A stretch of 64,000 nt of DNA, from positions 41,574-105,573 of the forward strand of contig JAUMAA010000003.1 in assembly GCA_032117075.1 (NCBI GenBank), read 5' to 3'. Both the position numbers and the translations under genes were made by a program. The notes under the pieces are model-generated. The model was not told the DNA's origin, did no database searches, and worked only from the letters and a program-made list of their open reading frames with translations. Shown piece by piece: positions 1 through 8,207 of this stretch. Positions within the stretch are counted from its first letter, which is position 1; each line of letters opens with the position of its first letter. The DNA comes from Patescibacteria group bacterium (GTDB lineage Bacteria > Patescibacteriota > WWE3 > UBA101185 > UBA10185).

Positions 1-1028
1 TTTTCGCTCTAGTAATAGCGGTATCATATTTTGTAATTTACAGTAATGGTATTCAAAAAACAGTTGAAATTGGAATTTTAATTATTGTTTTTACAACATA
101 TGAAAGATTATTCCATGCTTTCAATAACATCTTAAGATTATCAAGTAGTTTTACTAAAAATTATTTGGACATGGTTTATTTAAGAAAATTTTTTGACTAT
201 ACCTTTGTACCAAGAAATTATGAAAAAATAGAAAACGAAAAGAATTTAGAAATAGAATTCAAAAATGTATATTTTAAATACCCGAGTTCAAATAAATATG
301 CACTCAAAAATATTAATTTTAAAATCTCATCAGGGGATATTTTAGCAATAATTGGTAATAATGGAGCAGGAAAGTCAACTTTAATGAAACTTATATTTAA
401 AATTTTCGAACCTACTAAAGGTCAAATCTTAATTAATGGAATTAATATTCAAAATATCAAAGATTCAGAATACTTAAAATTTTTTCATATCCTTCCACAG
501 GAATTTGATTTAGAGGACACATTAACGGTAGAAGAACTAATTTATCTTGGAAACACTGAGAAAAGGATAAATGTTAAAAATATACTTTGGTCAGCCAAAA
601 ATTCTACGGCACACAATTTTATAAAAGATTTAAAATATGGTTATAAACAAAAAATTTTTACTGAAGATTGGATTGATTGGATGAATAAAAATCTGAAGGA
701 AGAGATGGTAGATCTATCCGCAGGTCAGATTAGAAAAATACAAATTGCCAGACTTTTCTATAGCGAGAAACCTGTTATTTTTATGGACGAAGCCACTAGT
801 AACGTAGACTCCGAGTCTACTGCAGCAATTTTCGAAAATTTAAAAAAACTGAAAAATAATCATATTTTAGGTTTTATTACACACAATTTATTAAACATTA
901 GTCTAGCAAATAAGATTTTAATTATTAAAGAAGGTCAAGTGGTTGAATTCGATAATAAAGAAAACTTAACGAAGAAGAAAGATTCGGAATTAAATAAACA
1001 ATTAAAACTTCTTAAATTACAAAATTAA
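1..1028 (+). CDS. ABC transporter ATP-binding/permease fusion, C-terminal part (5' partial; reading frame open to the window start)
   Basis: Frame 3 is open from nt 3. Walker A GNNGAGKST, ABC signature LSAGQIRKIQIARL, Walker B IFMDEATSNVD. A hydrophobic segment upstream of the ATPase domain suggests an exporter-type TMD-NBD fusion. Confidence 0.85.
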   Translation, partial: FALVIAVSYFVIYSNGIQKTVEIGILIIVFTTYERLFHAFNNILRLSSSFTKNYLDMVYLRKFFDYTFVPRNYEKIENEKNLEIEFKNVYFKYPSSNKYALKNINFKISSGDILAIIGNNGAGKSTLMKLIFKIFEPTKGQILINGINIQNIKDSEYLKFFHILPQEFDLEDTLTVEELIYLGNTEKRINVKNILWSAKNSTAHNFIKDLKYGYKQKIFTEDWIDWMNKNLKEEMVDLSAGQIRKIQIARLFYSEKPVIFMDEATSNVDSESTAAIFENLKKLKNNHILGFITHNLLNISLANKILIIKEGQVVEFDNKENLTKKKDSELNKQLKLLKLQN

Positions 1029-1036
1029 TTAAGAAA

Positions 1037-1066
1037 ATGCGGGAGGTTTGAAAAACCTCCCGCATT
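1037..1066. terminator. GC-rich hairpin (atgcgggaggttt...aaacctcccgcat) between convergent genes; bidirectional terminator
   Basis: Perfect inverted repeat with A/T-rich flanks immediately after the ABC gene stop. Confidence 0.6.
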
Positions 1067-1082
1067 ATCTCTCTCAGCTCTC

Positions 1083-1790
1083 TTACTTCCAGTAAGTCTC
1101 CATCGAATCCCACAAATGTGTGTAATGCATTCTCCCAATCTCAGCAACAGCCTCTGCATATTCCCTAATCTCAGCTTGAGCATCAGGTTTGTTACGAAGA
1201 CTTACGAAGTGCATAACAGCTTGAGGACTGACGGTCCAGTAAAAACTCGTGTATGTAGAAAGCGGTAGAGTAAGACGAGCTTGCTCCATAGCTATACCGG
1301 CCGCTGCCATCTCCTTGTAGAGTGCGATGGAAGCCTCTTGAACTTCATCATACCTACGCTTGAAATTTTCGCTTTGAGGATGAACCTCGTCGGTCCGACC
1401 CTGTTTGCGATTCTTTGCCTGGAAATAGAAATACTGTGGTGTGTAAAAACTACTATATTCTACATACCTACCAGAAAGTTCATTCCAAGGCAAATCTTTA
1501 TAGGAGTAATCGGACCCAACCACATGTTTGAACCACTGCCTAGCTACAACCTCTGGACAATGAACATACAAAGTGATGTAACTGTGGCGAAAAGGCGAAC
1601 TGTGCAAGTTTTGTGCAAGCCAATCAAGAAATTTCTTGTCTTTAGAAAAGTCAAAAGTGGTTTGCCTTTTCCCAAAACTAGCTCTAGCGACGTTGACCGC
1701 CTTAAGACTTGGGTCCATACTCATCCAGTCATACAACTCAACCAAACCAACACCATCCCTCATGTAAATAGGGTCAGTTTTATTAGACAT
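1083..1790 (-). CDS. thyX: Flavin-dependent thymidylate synthase (ThyX)-like protein, divergent
   Basis: Aligns by eye to T. maritima ThyX blocks (GLVEL..RASF; H..PF.H...T.....P..VARQWF.H; ELSGRY; ARLTLPLSTYTSFYWTV...HFVSLR). The RHR motif is replaced by KHV and a 12-aa insert precedes ELSGRY. The likely start is the internal ATG (MSNKTD) preceded by the TAGGAGGA RBS; the ORF track extends to 1823. GC is about 45-48% versus about 30% in the surroundings. Confidence 0.65.
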   Translation of the reverse strand: MSNKTDPIYMRDGVGLVELYDWMSMDPSLKAVNVARASFGKRQTTFDFSKDKKFLDWLAQNLHSSPFRHSYITLYVHCPEVVARQWFKHVVGSDYSYKDLPWNELSGRYVEYSSFYTPQYFYFQAKNRKQGRTDEVHPQSENFKRRYDEVQEASIALYKEMAAAGIAMEQARLTLPLSTYTSFYWTVSPQAVMHFVSLRNKPDAQAEIREYAEAVAEIGRMHYTHLWDSMETYWK

Positions 1791-1857
1791 AAATCCTCCT
1801 ATATAAGCATCTCGTCCCATCAAGAAGTATACTTTAATTTTTGAAATCTACAAGAAA

Positions 1858-2733
1858 TTATTTCTTATTACCTGCATGTGAATTAGCTATCTCCTGACCA
1901 TTTCTATCTCCATAAGGATAGACAATTACAGTAGATCCAGCTCTAGCAATATCAGCTAAAATTTGCATCTCTCTTAACTTCATAGCTTCAGGATTTTTAG
2001 CTAAAATTTCCGATGCTTCAGAGAGTTTTTGAGCAACTAATACCTCAGCCGAGGCCTCAATTTGTTTTGCTTCGGCAGATCTTCTTGATCTAGCAATAGC
2101 TGCAAGTTCTTCTACCAAACTTTGAGGGGTGTCTATGTCAGTAATTCTCACTGCTCTTACATCTATTCCATAAACTTGTGCACCATCGTCAATCTGGACC
2201 TTAAGATTTGAAGCAATTTCTTCTCTCTGGTTTAGTAAGTCTTTCAAATCAAGATTACCAATAGTATTTTTCAAAGCCTCAGTCGATAACCAAATTACTG
2301 ATTGTCTATAATTTTGTACATCAAGTGTAGCTTTTCTTGGATCTTCAACTTTATATTCAACAGCTGCAGTTACTTTGGTAGGAACATTATCCTTTGTAAG
2401 AGTTGCAGTTGCTTCTACTTGATTGGTCTCGATTCTAGTATCAACAATCGAAGCAACGGAATAAATAAAAGGAGGAATGATAAAAAAACCAGGACCTTTC
2501 ACAGAATCAAATTTACCTAATTTTAAAATTACTATTCTTGTCCATTCTGGCAAGATATAAAACATAGAAGCAATAATCCAGGAAATTATAAAGTTTAGAA
2601 TTAATCCAAATCCAAAACCAGCTTCTCCAAAAATTGAGAGTACAAAACTAAGTGATAGAAGAAAAACAAATGAAATAAGAAAAATAATAAACCTAATAAA
2701 TAATTGTACTGATCCTGTGTTACCTGAATTCAT
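1858..2733 (-). CDS. SPFH/band-7 (stomatin/prohibitin-like) membrane protein
   Basis: N-terminal TM segments followed by an SPFH-like core (IVDTRIETNQVEA..., QSLVEELAAIARSRRSAEAKQIEASAE). AAAGGA RBS upstream. Confidence 0.8.
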   Translation of the reverse strand: MNSGNTGSVQLFIRFIIFLISFVFLLSLSFVLSIFGEAGFGFGLILNFIISWIIASMFYILPEWTRIVILKLGKFDSVKGPGFFIIPPFIYSVASIVDTRIETNQVEATATLTKDNVPTKVTAAVEYKVEDPRKATLDVQNYRQSVIWLSTEALKNTIGNLDLKDLLNQREEIASNLKVQIDDGAQVYGIDVRAVRITDIDTPQSLVEELAAIARSRRSAEAKQIEASAEVLVAQKLSEASEILAKNPEAMKLREMQILADIARAGSTVIVYPYGDRNGQEIANSHAGNKK

Positions 2734-2791
2734 AAAAATCCTTTAATAAAATACTTATTATAGTTTACAAAAAGGTCGACAAATTGAAAAG

Positions 2792-2816
2792 AGGGGAGGT
2801 GCTTTGCACCTCCCCG
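2792..2816 (-). terminator. Rho-independent terminator for the downstream minus-strand gene
   Basis: Hairpin ggggaggtgc-tttg-cacctcccc; on the minus strand it is followed by a U-rich tract. Confidence 0.5.
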
Positions 2817-2835
2817 TATCCTAACTTAGAACTAA

Positions 2836-3183
2836 TTAATAAACAGCGAAAGGATCGGAAGTCTTTCGCAATTTAAATCTTAGTAAGCGGTATTCATCGC
2901 TGTTCATTTGATGATAAGCAACCATGTATGTATGGTAGACAAACATCTTTAGCATCATATAAACTAAATTATAATCTGTTGAATTATTTCTAATCAAGTC
3001 AATCAATAATTTAGTTGATTCCGGATCAAATGTCTCAAAAGTTACAACATGATTTTGAAGTACTCGGCGGTACCTTTCAATCAAATAACTTTTTAGAGAA
3101 GCAGGATCAGAATCACTACTGACTAAATGAACAACTATACTTACTTCATTAGGATTAACAATCTCTACCCATTCACCATACAT
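2836..3183 (-). CDS. Hypothetical protein
   Basis: ORF with an AAGGAGAG RBS 5 nt before the internal ATG (MYGEWVEIV...). The track ORF extends to 3258, but the upstream part lacks an RBS. Confidence 0.5.
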   Translation of the reverse strand: MYGEWVEIVNPNEVSIVVHLVSSDSDPASLKSYLIERYRRVLQNHVVTFETFDPESTKLLIDLIRNNSTDYNLVYMMLKMFVYHTYMVAYHQMNSDEYRLLRFKLRKTSDPFAVY

Positions 3184-3293
3184 TTCAACTCTCCTTTGAG
3201 TAGTAAAAACTATCTTATTATAACTTAAATATGCTGACAAAAAAAGAAACCCTCTCAAATTTGAGAGGGTTTCAGGATTTAAAGAATTGTTAA

Positions 3294-3674
3294 TTATTTT
3301 TTATCATCTTCTGATTCATCTGAGTCTACTGATTCACTTGAATCTTCATCTTCTTCACTTATTTCTTCATATATAAAATCATCTTCGTACCTTAAATCAA
3401 TGATAGGATTGTTAAGAATTACTTTAGAAACTAAATATGCAGAAGTTGCTAAGAAAACTAGACCATATACAACTGTTTCAACAAATTTATATTTAAAACC
3501 TGGATCTTGAAGTGCTTCAAGGTTTACTAATGAAATACCGTAAAGGGTGTATGTGTAATAAATATATACGAAAGAAAGTAGAGCAGAGATAACAGCAAGT
3601 ACTATTGATAAATGTTTGTGTAAATAAATTTTTGTCATATGTATAAAATATAATACTAAATTATAATTTGTCAA
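3294..3674 (-). CDS. Small membrane protein with a poly-acidic C-terminal tail
   Basis: Two predicted TM helices, then EEISEEDEDSSESVDSDESEDDKK. Start uncertain (possibly the internal Met). Confidence 0.5.
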   Translation of the reverse strand: MTNYNLVLYFIHMTKIYLHKHLSIVLAVISALLSFVYIYYTYTLYGISLVNLEALQDPGFKYKFVETVVYGLVFLATSAYLVSKVILNNPIIDLRYEDDFIYEEISEEDEDSSESVDSDESEDDKK

Positions 3675-4214
3675 TTATCTAACTACCGAGGAAAAATGTT
3701 CCATAAATTTTTTTAATTTTGGATCTATTACTACAGTACAATAAGGGTAGTTTTGGTTGTTGATATAAAAGTTTTGATGATAATCTTCAGCTGAATAAAA
3801 TTTTTCAAATTTTTTTAGTTCGGTAACTAAAGGAGAATTATATTTCCCAGACTCATTCAACTCTGCAATTTTTTTCATAGTTAGGGCGAGCTGTTCGGGA
3901 GAATTAACCAATACAATTGATCTATATTGAGTACCAACATCATTTCCCTGTCTATTTAAAGAAGTAGGGTCATGAATTTCAAAAAATATATCTAAAATTG
4001 AATCTAACGAAATTTGATTTTTATTGAAAGTTACCTCCACAACTTCAGCATGCCCCGTAACACCCGAAGAAACTTCATCATAAGTTGGATTATCGGTCTT
4101 ACCTCCGCTATAACCACTCACAACTTTCTCAATGCCTCTAACTCTTTGAAATACAGCTTCTAAACACCAAAAGCAACCTCCGCCTAAATAAATTTTTTCA
4201 AAATTTTCATTCAT
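3675..4214 (-). CDS. msrA: Peptide methionine sulfoxide reductase MsrA
   Basis: GCFWC active-site motif near the N-terminus and the conserved MsrA core (HDPTSLNRQGNDVGTQYRS). Confidence 0.9.
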   Translation of the reverse strand: MNENFEKIYLGGGCFWCLEAVFQRVRGIEKVVSGYSGGKTDNPTYDEVSSGVTGHAEVVEVTFNKNQISLDSILDIFFEIHDPTSLNRQGNDVGTQYRSIVLVNSPEQLALTMKKIAELNESGKYNSPLVTELKKFEKFYSAEDYHQNFYINNQNYPYCTVVIDPKLKKFMEHFSSVVR

Positions 4215-4283
4215 AAAATAATTATTGCATTAGAAAACAAAATTAGTATAAGATTAATAAAGTAAAAATTTATTAAGGAGATT

Positions 4284-5000
4284 ATGCCCACAATAAAAAA
4301 TAATCATGGATTTGGAGCAGTTCCTTTCCTAGCAGTATTTGCTTTAGTTCTTACAGGTACATATATTGGATACAGTTATTACAACAATAATTCTCAGGTT
4401 TCTATAGAACCTATAAATTTAGAAAATCTCTCTGCAGTAAGCACTGCAGAAAATCCATTAATGAACTAAGGGGGTGTTCTTCAAGCTAACACAGGAAACT
4501 TTAATCCAGGAAATCAACCATTTTACTGGTCATATATTGATGATAGAAAACCTGGAATTTGGAATATTACTTACTATTTTACTGGAAGAAATGTCAAAAC
4601 TCTTGAAAAAGCTATGGAAAAAATAAAAAGTTCAGGTTTTATCTCTTTTAGAGATTCAAAAAAACCTTGCTACCCAGTAACTTCAAGACTAGGAATATGG
4701 GATACTTATCCAGTTGAAATTAAAAAGCTTGCGGATGATTTCTATCTAATGACAGTAAAAAATGTTAAAACTTACTTTAATTCTGAAGAAGACAAAAGAT
4801 GTAGAGTAAATAATACTGTAGTAGCATTCTTCTATGGACTAAAAAATAATGAATATGTTACAGCACCAAAAAATTCTTTCCCTATTCCCGCTTCTATATA
4901 CTTTAAAACTCCTTCAAATTCTAGGTCTGGAGTTGCATCACCAGCAGCTGTTGATAATGCACCAAAAGTTGATGTAAGTGGATTAAAAAGGATCGAGTAA
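4284..5000 (+). pseudogene. Secreted/membrane-anchored protein ORF interrupted by one in-frame TAA (4467-4469); the two ORF-track pieces 4284-4469 and 4614-5000 are in the same frame
   Basis: Translation continues without any further stop for 48 codons between the TAA and the next ATG. The N-terminal piece has a signal/TM segment and the distal piece is hydrophilic. Confidence 0.4.
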
Positions 5001-5020
5001 TTTAATTTCTCTTTCCAAGA

Positions 5021-5052
5021 AAGCGGTTGGGTTTTACCCAACCGCTTTTTTA
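5021..5052 (+). terminator. Rho-independent terminator
   Basis: aagcggttgggt-ttta-cccaaccgctt followed by TTTTTAT. Confidence 0.7.
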
Positions 5053-5103
5053 TTTAATGTTTTTTCAATTTACTTATTAGTAAATTTTTGATAGATTAAA
5101 GTA

Positions 5104-5790
5104 ATGTCTAAGTTAGATGTTTTTCTCGATTTTATAGTTAAGTTATATCTTAAACTTTACTTTATAAACAAAAAAATAAATAAATTTTTTTCATTAATTT
5201 TTAACTTTATTTTAGAAAAAAGAACTTTCATTTTTGCTGTTATTTTTGTTTTCTTTTTTGTAGCATTAATTGACTTTCAAACTAAAAATCAAAAGCCCAC
5301 TAGAATGCAAGTTTCAAAATACAATATTTATACTGCTGAACCTTTAGTTTTAGGATCTTCAAGTGTGAGTTTGCATGGAATGGATTCAAGGGCTAAAAAA
5401 ATTGAGGGAGTTTTTAGAGCATACAACTGTCCCATGGCAGGAACTGGGCAGTATATCGTAGAACAAGCCGACAAAAATGGAATACCTTACTGGATTGTAG
5501 CTGCAATTGCCTTTCAAGAATCAATTTGTGGGAAGCTGACCCCTGAGAAGAATGGTGTAGAAAGCTATAATTCCTGGGGATGGGCGGTATATGGATCTTC
5601 AAGTAAGGCATTTAATAGCTATGAGCACGGGATTAAAGTTGTTTCAGAATACCTCTCTAAGCGATTTTTCAAGCAGGGTATTACCGAAACATGCGATATT
5701 ATGAAAGTTTATACCCCTCCAAGCAAAGGATCTTGGTGTAGAGGAGTGAATTATTTTGGTGAAAAAATACAAAATTTTGGAACTAAATAA
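5104..5790 (+). CDS. Membrane-anchored putative peptidoglycan hydrolase (GH73 glucosaminidase-like / lysozyme-like fold)
   Basis: N-terminal TM. AIAFQESICGK ... NSWGWAVYG ... YTPP blocks resemble the GH73 A.Q..ESGWG / N.FGI pattern. Paralogous to 5941-6450. Confidence 0.45.
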   Translation: MSKLDVFLDFIVKLYLKLYFINKKINKFFSLIFNFILEKRTFIFAVIFVFFFVALIDFQTKNQKPTRMQVSKYNIYTAEPLVLGSSSVSLHGMDSRAKKIEGVFRAYNCPMAGTGQYIVEQADKNGIPYWIVAAIAFQESICGKLTPEKNGVESYNSWGWAVYGSSSKAFNSYEHGIKVVSEYLSKRFFKQGITETCDIMKVYTPPSKGSWCRGVNYFGEKIQNFGTK

Positions 5791-5879
5791 GCATTTTTAG
5801 GGTTAGATATCCTAATACCTAAAATTGCCCTAAAGTGTTGTATTTTCGCCTTTTTCTCAAAGTTTTAACACCCTTAAAT

Positions 5880-5908
5880 TTGACCAAACACCATAAAATT
5901 GGTATAAT
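5880..5908 (+). promoter_or_regulatory. Near-consensus sigma70 promoter (TTGACC-17nt-TATAAT) for 5941-6450
   Basis: Seen directly: TTGACC at 5880-5885, 17-nt spacer, TATAAT at 5903-5908, about 30 nt before the ATG. Confidence 0.5.
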
Positions 5909-5940
5909 TACACTAACAAATTTACCTCCCCTAAAAATAT

Positions 5941-6450
5941 ATGAAAAAATTATTAATTGTTATAAACTTTTTGTTGTTACCATTTGCGGTATTTGCTTCT
6001 TCAAAAGATTCATTAGATTCTTCGGATGCAAGAAACACCTATAAGGTAGAGTATAAAAAGGTCAATAGAAAAGAAGCTTTAACTAAGTTCTTTGAAAAAT
6101 ATAACTCTCCGTTAGCCAAAAATGTTGATACATTTATTACAACGGCTGATAAATACGGGATTGATTATAGATTGATACCTTCTATCTCATGTATGGAGTC
6201 AACCTGCGCTAAGTTTTTAATCGAAGGATCATATAACCCATTTGGATGGGGTATCTACGGAACAAATGTTATTTACTTCAAAAACTACGATGAAGCTATT
6301 ACTACTGTAGGTGAAGGACTTAACAAAGGATATTTCGCAAAAGGTTTTGACACCTTAGAAGAAATAGCACCAATCTATACACCACCAAACCATGTTAATT
6401 GGAAAAATGGAGTTTCATTCTTTATGAACGAAATTTCAAAGTTCGAATAA
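5941..6450 (+). CDS. Secreted putative peptidoglycan hydrolase (GH73-like), paralog of 5104-5790
   Basis: Signal peptide (MKKLLIVINFLLLPFAVFASS). Shares the GIDY..IPSISCMES ... NPFGWGIYG ... EEIAPIYTPP blocks with the upstream gene. Confidence 0.45.
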   Translation: MKKLLIVINFLLLPFAVFASSKDSLDSSDARNTYKVEYKKVNRKEALTKFFEKYNSPLAKNVDTFITTADKYGIDYRLIPSISCMESTCAKFLIEGSYNPFGWGIYGTNVIYFKNYDEAITTVGEGLNKGYFAKGFDTLEEIAPIYTPPNHVNWKNGVSFFMNEISKFE

Positions 6451-6466
6451 AAATAAATGGATGAAA

Positions 6467-6500
6467 GAGGGGCGGGTTTTTAACCCGCCCCTATTTTGTT
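6467..6500 (+). terminator. Rho-independent terminator
   Basis: aggggcgggttt-ttaa-cccgcccct followed by ATTTTGTTGTTTG. Confidence 0.6.
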
Positions 6501-6598
6501 GTTTGTAAGTTCTTACTTAAATATTAATTATTTAAAATTATAAATTTTCATTGTAAAATGCGTTCGTAGTAGATATTACCTATAGAGAGGGGTATTCT

Positions 6599-7210
6599 AT
6601 GAAGATCTTTACTGTGGCCGGGTCTCAGAATTTTATTGGCGCTGAAGTTTCCTTCATGCCTAACTATGATTCGGGAATCCAAGGATTAATAGTCGGTAAT
6701 GAGACTAACGGGTGTAAACTAGGGGTAGTTAAACTTTCCTTAGGAACAGAAAAGAAAACCTTACTTCACTGCGAAGTGATAGAGGGGAAAACACCGTATA
6801 TCAAACCAACTAATTCTTCCAAGGATGACTCATCAGCATTAGTGGTATTTCGGACTCCTGTTTTTAAAGGAGGTCGGAACTTCCACACTGGGGACAAAAC
6901 TCACGGAGCTTGCTTCAATTGTGAAGTAGAATTCGACAAAATGGTAGATCTCTGTAATTACTGTGGGCGAAAGCTAAAAGTATATTATAAAGATTTTCCT
7001 GGTCGTACCATTGCCCGTGGAACAGTTAGGAATTCGAAGAAGCCAGTTTTTGGCGATCAGTTAATCTGTATCGTTAAAAAAGGTATTATCTTCCGAACTT
7101 CCTACAATGGATATTTATATCCACATCCAGGTGCACATTTTCATGTCTTTGATGGCACGAGAATTGTTACTGCCACCTGGGATGAAAGGAAGAAGGGTTA
7201 CCTTCGGTGA
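6599..7210 (+). CDS. Hypothetical Cys-rich protein (CxxC...CxxC zinc-ribbon-like motif)
   Basis: AGAGAGGGG RBS. CFNCEVEFDKMVDLCNYCGR motif. GC-enriched (about 43%) relative to flanks. No family recognised. Confidence 0.5.
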   Translation: MKIFTVAGSQNFIGAEVSFMPNYDSGIQGLIVGNETNGCKLGVVKLSLGTEKKTLLHCEVIEGKTPYIKPTNSSKDDSSALVVFRTPVFKGGRNFHTGDKTHGACFNCEVEFDKMVDLCNYCGRKLKVYYKDFPGRTIARGTVRNSKKPVFGDQLICIVKKGIIFRTSYNGYLYPHPGAHFHVFDGTRIVTATWDERKKGYLR

Positions 7211-7311
7211 GAGCGATTAAGGTGGTGGGCAATTTTATTGCCCACCACCAAAATCAAAATTCATTTTTATCAAATTTTTTATTTTTCAAGAATACTCTAA
7301 AAAAGGAATAT

Positions 7312-7340
7312 TTGACTAAACTATTATAGGTTAGTATAAT
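7312..7340 (+). promoter_or_regulatory. Consensus sigma70 promoter TTGACT-17nt-TATAAT
   Basis: TTGACT 7312-7317, 17-nt spacer, TATAAT 7335-7340. Drives the 7375-7962 two-gene unit. Confidence 0.5.
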
Positions 7341-7374
7341 TGAAGTCCGTTATAGTGATAAGAGAGGTGCGGTA

Positions 7375-7560
7375 GTGAGATACCAGATTTGGTACCAGCC
7401 TAAGGAAGAAGGTTTAATCTTTTTGATTCAATTAATTCTTCAAATTCTAGGGTGGAGTTCATTTCCCAAGAGGAAATTCAGGGGAACCTGGTCCGAATGG
7501 CAAAAGTTCTCCAAAACAAACCGTATTTTGCGGATTTGTAAGGTCACAAAATTGAACTAG
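7375..7560 (+). CDS. Small basic protein (61 aa), GTG start; possibly a leader ORF translationally coupled to 7570-7962
   Basis: AGAGAGG RBS 7 nt before the GTG. Its TAG stop is embedded in the TAGGAGG RBS of the next gene. Confidence 0.3.
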   Translation: MRYQIWYQPKEEGLIFLIQLILQILGWSSFPKRKFRGTWSEWQKFSKTNRILRICKVTKLN

Positions 7561-7569
7561 GAGGTTCCA

Positions 7570-7962
7570 GTGTCAAACAAAGATGTGAAAATCTTTACAC
7601 TTGATAATAAGGGAAACCTTTTATTAGGTGCAAGAATTGGACTGGGACAAGGAAAATGGGCACGGTACCCATCTATTGGGAGTGTCAGTCCTATCAGGGT
7701 TGATATCCTTAAACCTGGGGATATCATTTGGTTTGCCCACTTTATGGAATTCCAATTTCCTGGAGAGCAAAATTGGGAGCATGAAAAACTTCTAATTCCC
7801 TTACCAGAAAATATGGTTGCTGTAGAAAAGATTGGGACTGAAAGATGCATTCTTGTAACCCCGAAAGAGACACAAATCATCAAGTTAGGTGAGGTTAAGT
7901 TTCTTTCAGACCAAACAGCAGTGTTTTTTCAAGAACCTGGAATCAGACCATCGCTACATTAA
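7570..7962 (+). CDS. Hypothetical protein (GTG start)
   Basis: AGGAGG RBS 6 nt upstream of the GTG. GC-enriched. No family recognised. Confidence 0.5.
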   Translation: MSNKDVKIFTLDNKGNLLLGARIGLGQGKWARYPSIGSVSPIRVDILKPGDIIWFAHFMEFQFPGEQNWEHEKLLIPLPENMVAVEKIGTERCILVTPKETQIIKLGEVKFLSDQTAVFFQEPGIRPSLH

Positions 7963-7975
7963 TCACTTTGCGAAG

Positions 7976-8006
7976 CGGGACGAGTGCGACAAAAGCACCC
8001 GTCCCG
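7976..8006 (+). terminator. GC-rich hairpin (cgggacgagtgc...gcacccgtcccg); putative terminator
   Basis: Stable inverted repeat after the stop, but the U-tail is weak. Confidence 0.4.
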
Positions 8007-8068
8007 ACAATCTAAATTATTAAAATATTTTCAAAAATACAAAGTTTGGTGATAAAATATAGAAGTTT

Positions 8069-8153
8069 GGGCGAGTGGTGGAATTGGTATACACGCATGC
8101 CTTAGGAGCATGTTCCGCAAGGATTGAGAGTTCGAGTCTCTCCTCGCCCACCA
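8069..8153 (+). tRNA. tRNA-Leu (anticodon UAG), 85 nt with long variable arm, CCA encoded
   Basis: Folded by hand: acceptor GGGCGAG/CTCGCCC, anticodon stem catgc/gcatg with loop cuUAGga, long variable arm, T-arm gagag-TTCGAGT-ctctc, terminal ACCA. Confidence 0.9.
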
Positions 8154-8207
8154 AAAATTATTATCAAATTTCTTAAACAATATTAACTTAAATCAATTTC
8201 TAAGTTC

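Noticed and set aside
1141-1154. CTCAGCAACAGCC resembling the ACCTCAGCAACAAC box of the peptide cassettes
   Set aside because: It lies inside the thyX-like coding sequence (encoding AEAVAE), has no partner box and no promoter, and is most likely coincidence.
1281-1844. 187-aa plus-strand ORF overlapping the thyX-like gene
   Set aside because: It is antisense to a gene with clear family similarity, has no RBS, and its low-complexity translation is typical of the reverse strand of a GC-rich gene.
5835-6044. 69-aa ORF spanning the promoter and start of the 5941 gene
   Set aside because: It overlaps the consensus promoter and the signal-peptide start of the better-supported 5941-6450 gene in another frame.
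7341-7569. Possible riboswitch or structured RNA in the 230-nt leader after the consensus promoter
   Set aside because: No match to riboswitch consensus sequences I can recall (c-di-GMP, fluoride, SAM, TPP). The region is better explained by a leader ORF ending in the downstream RBS.
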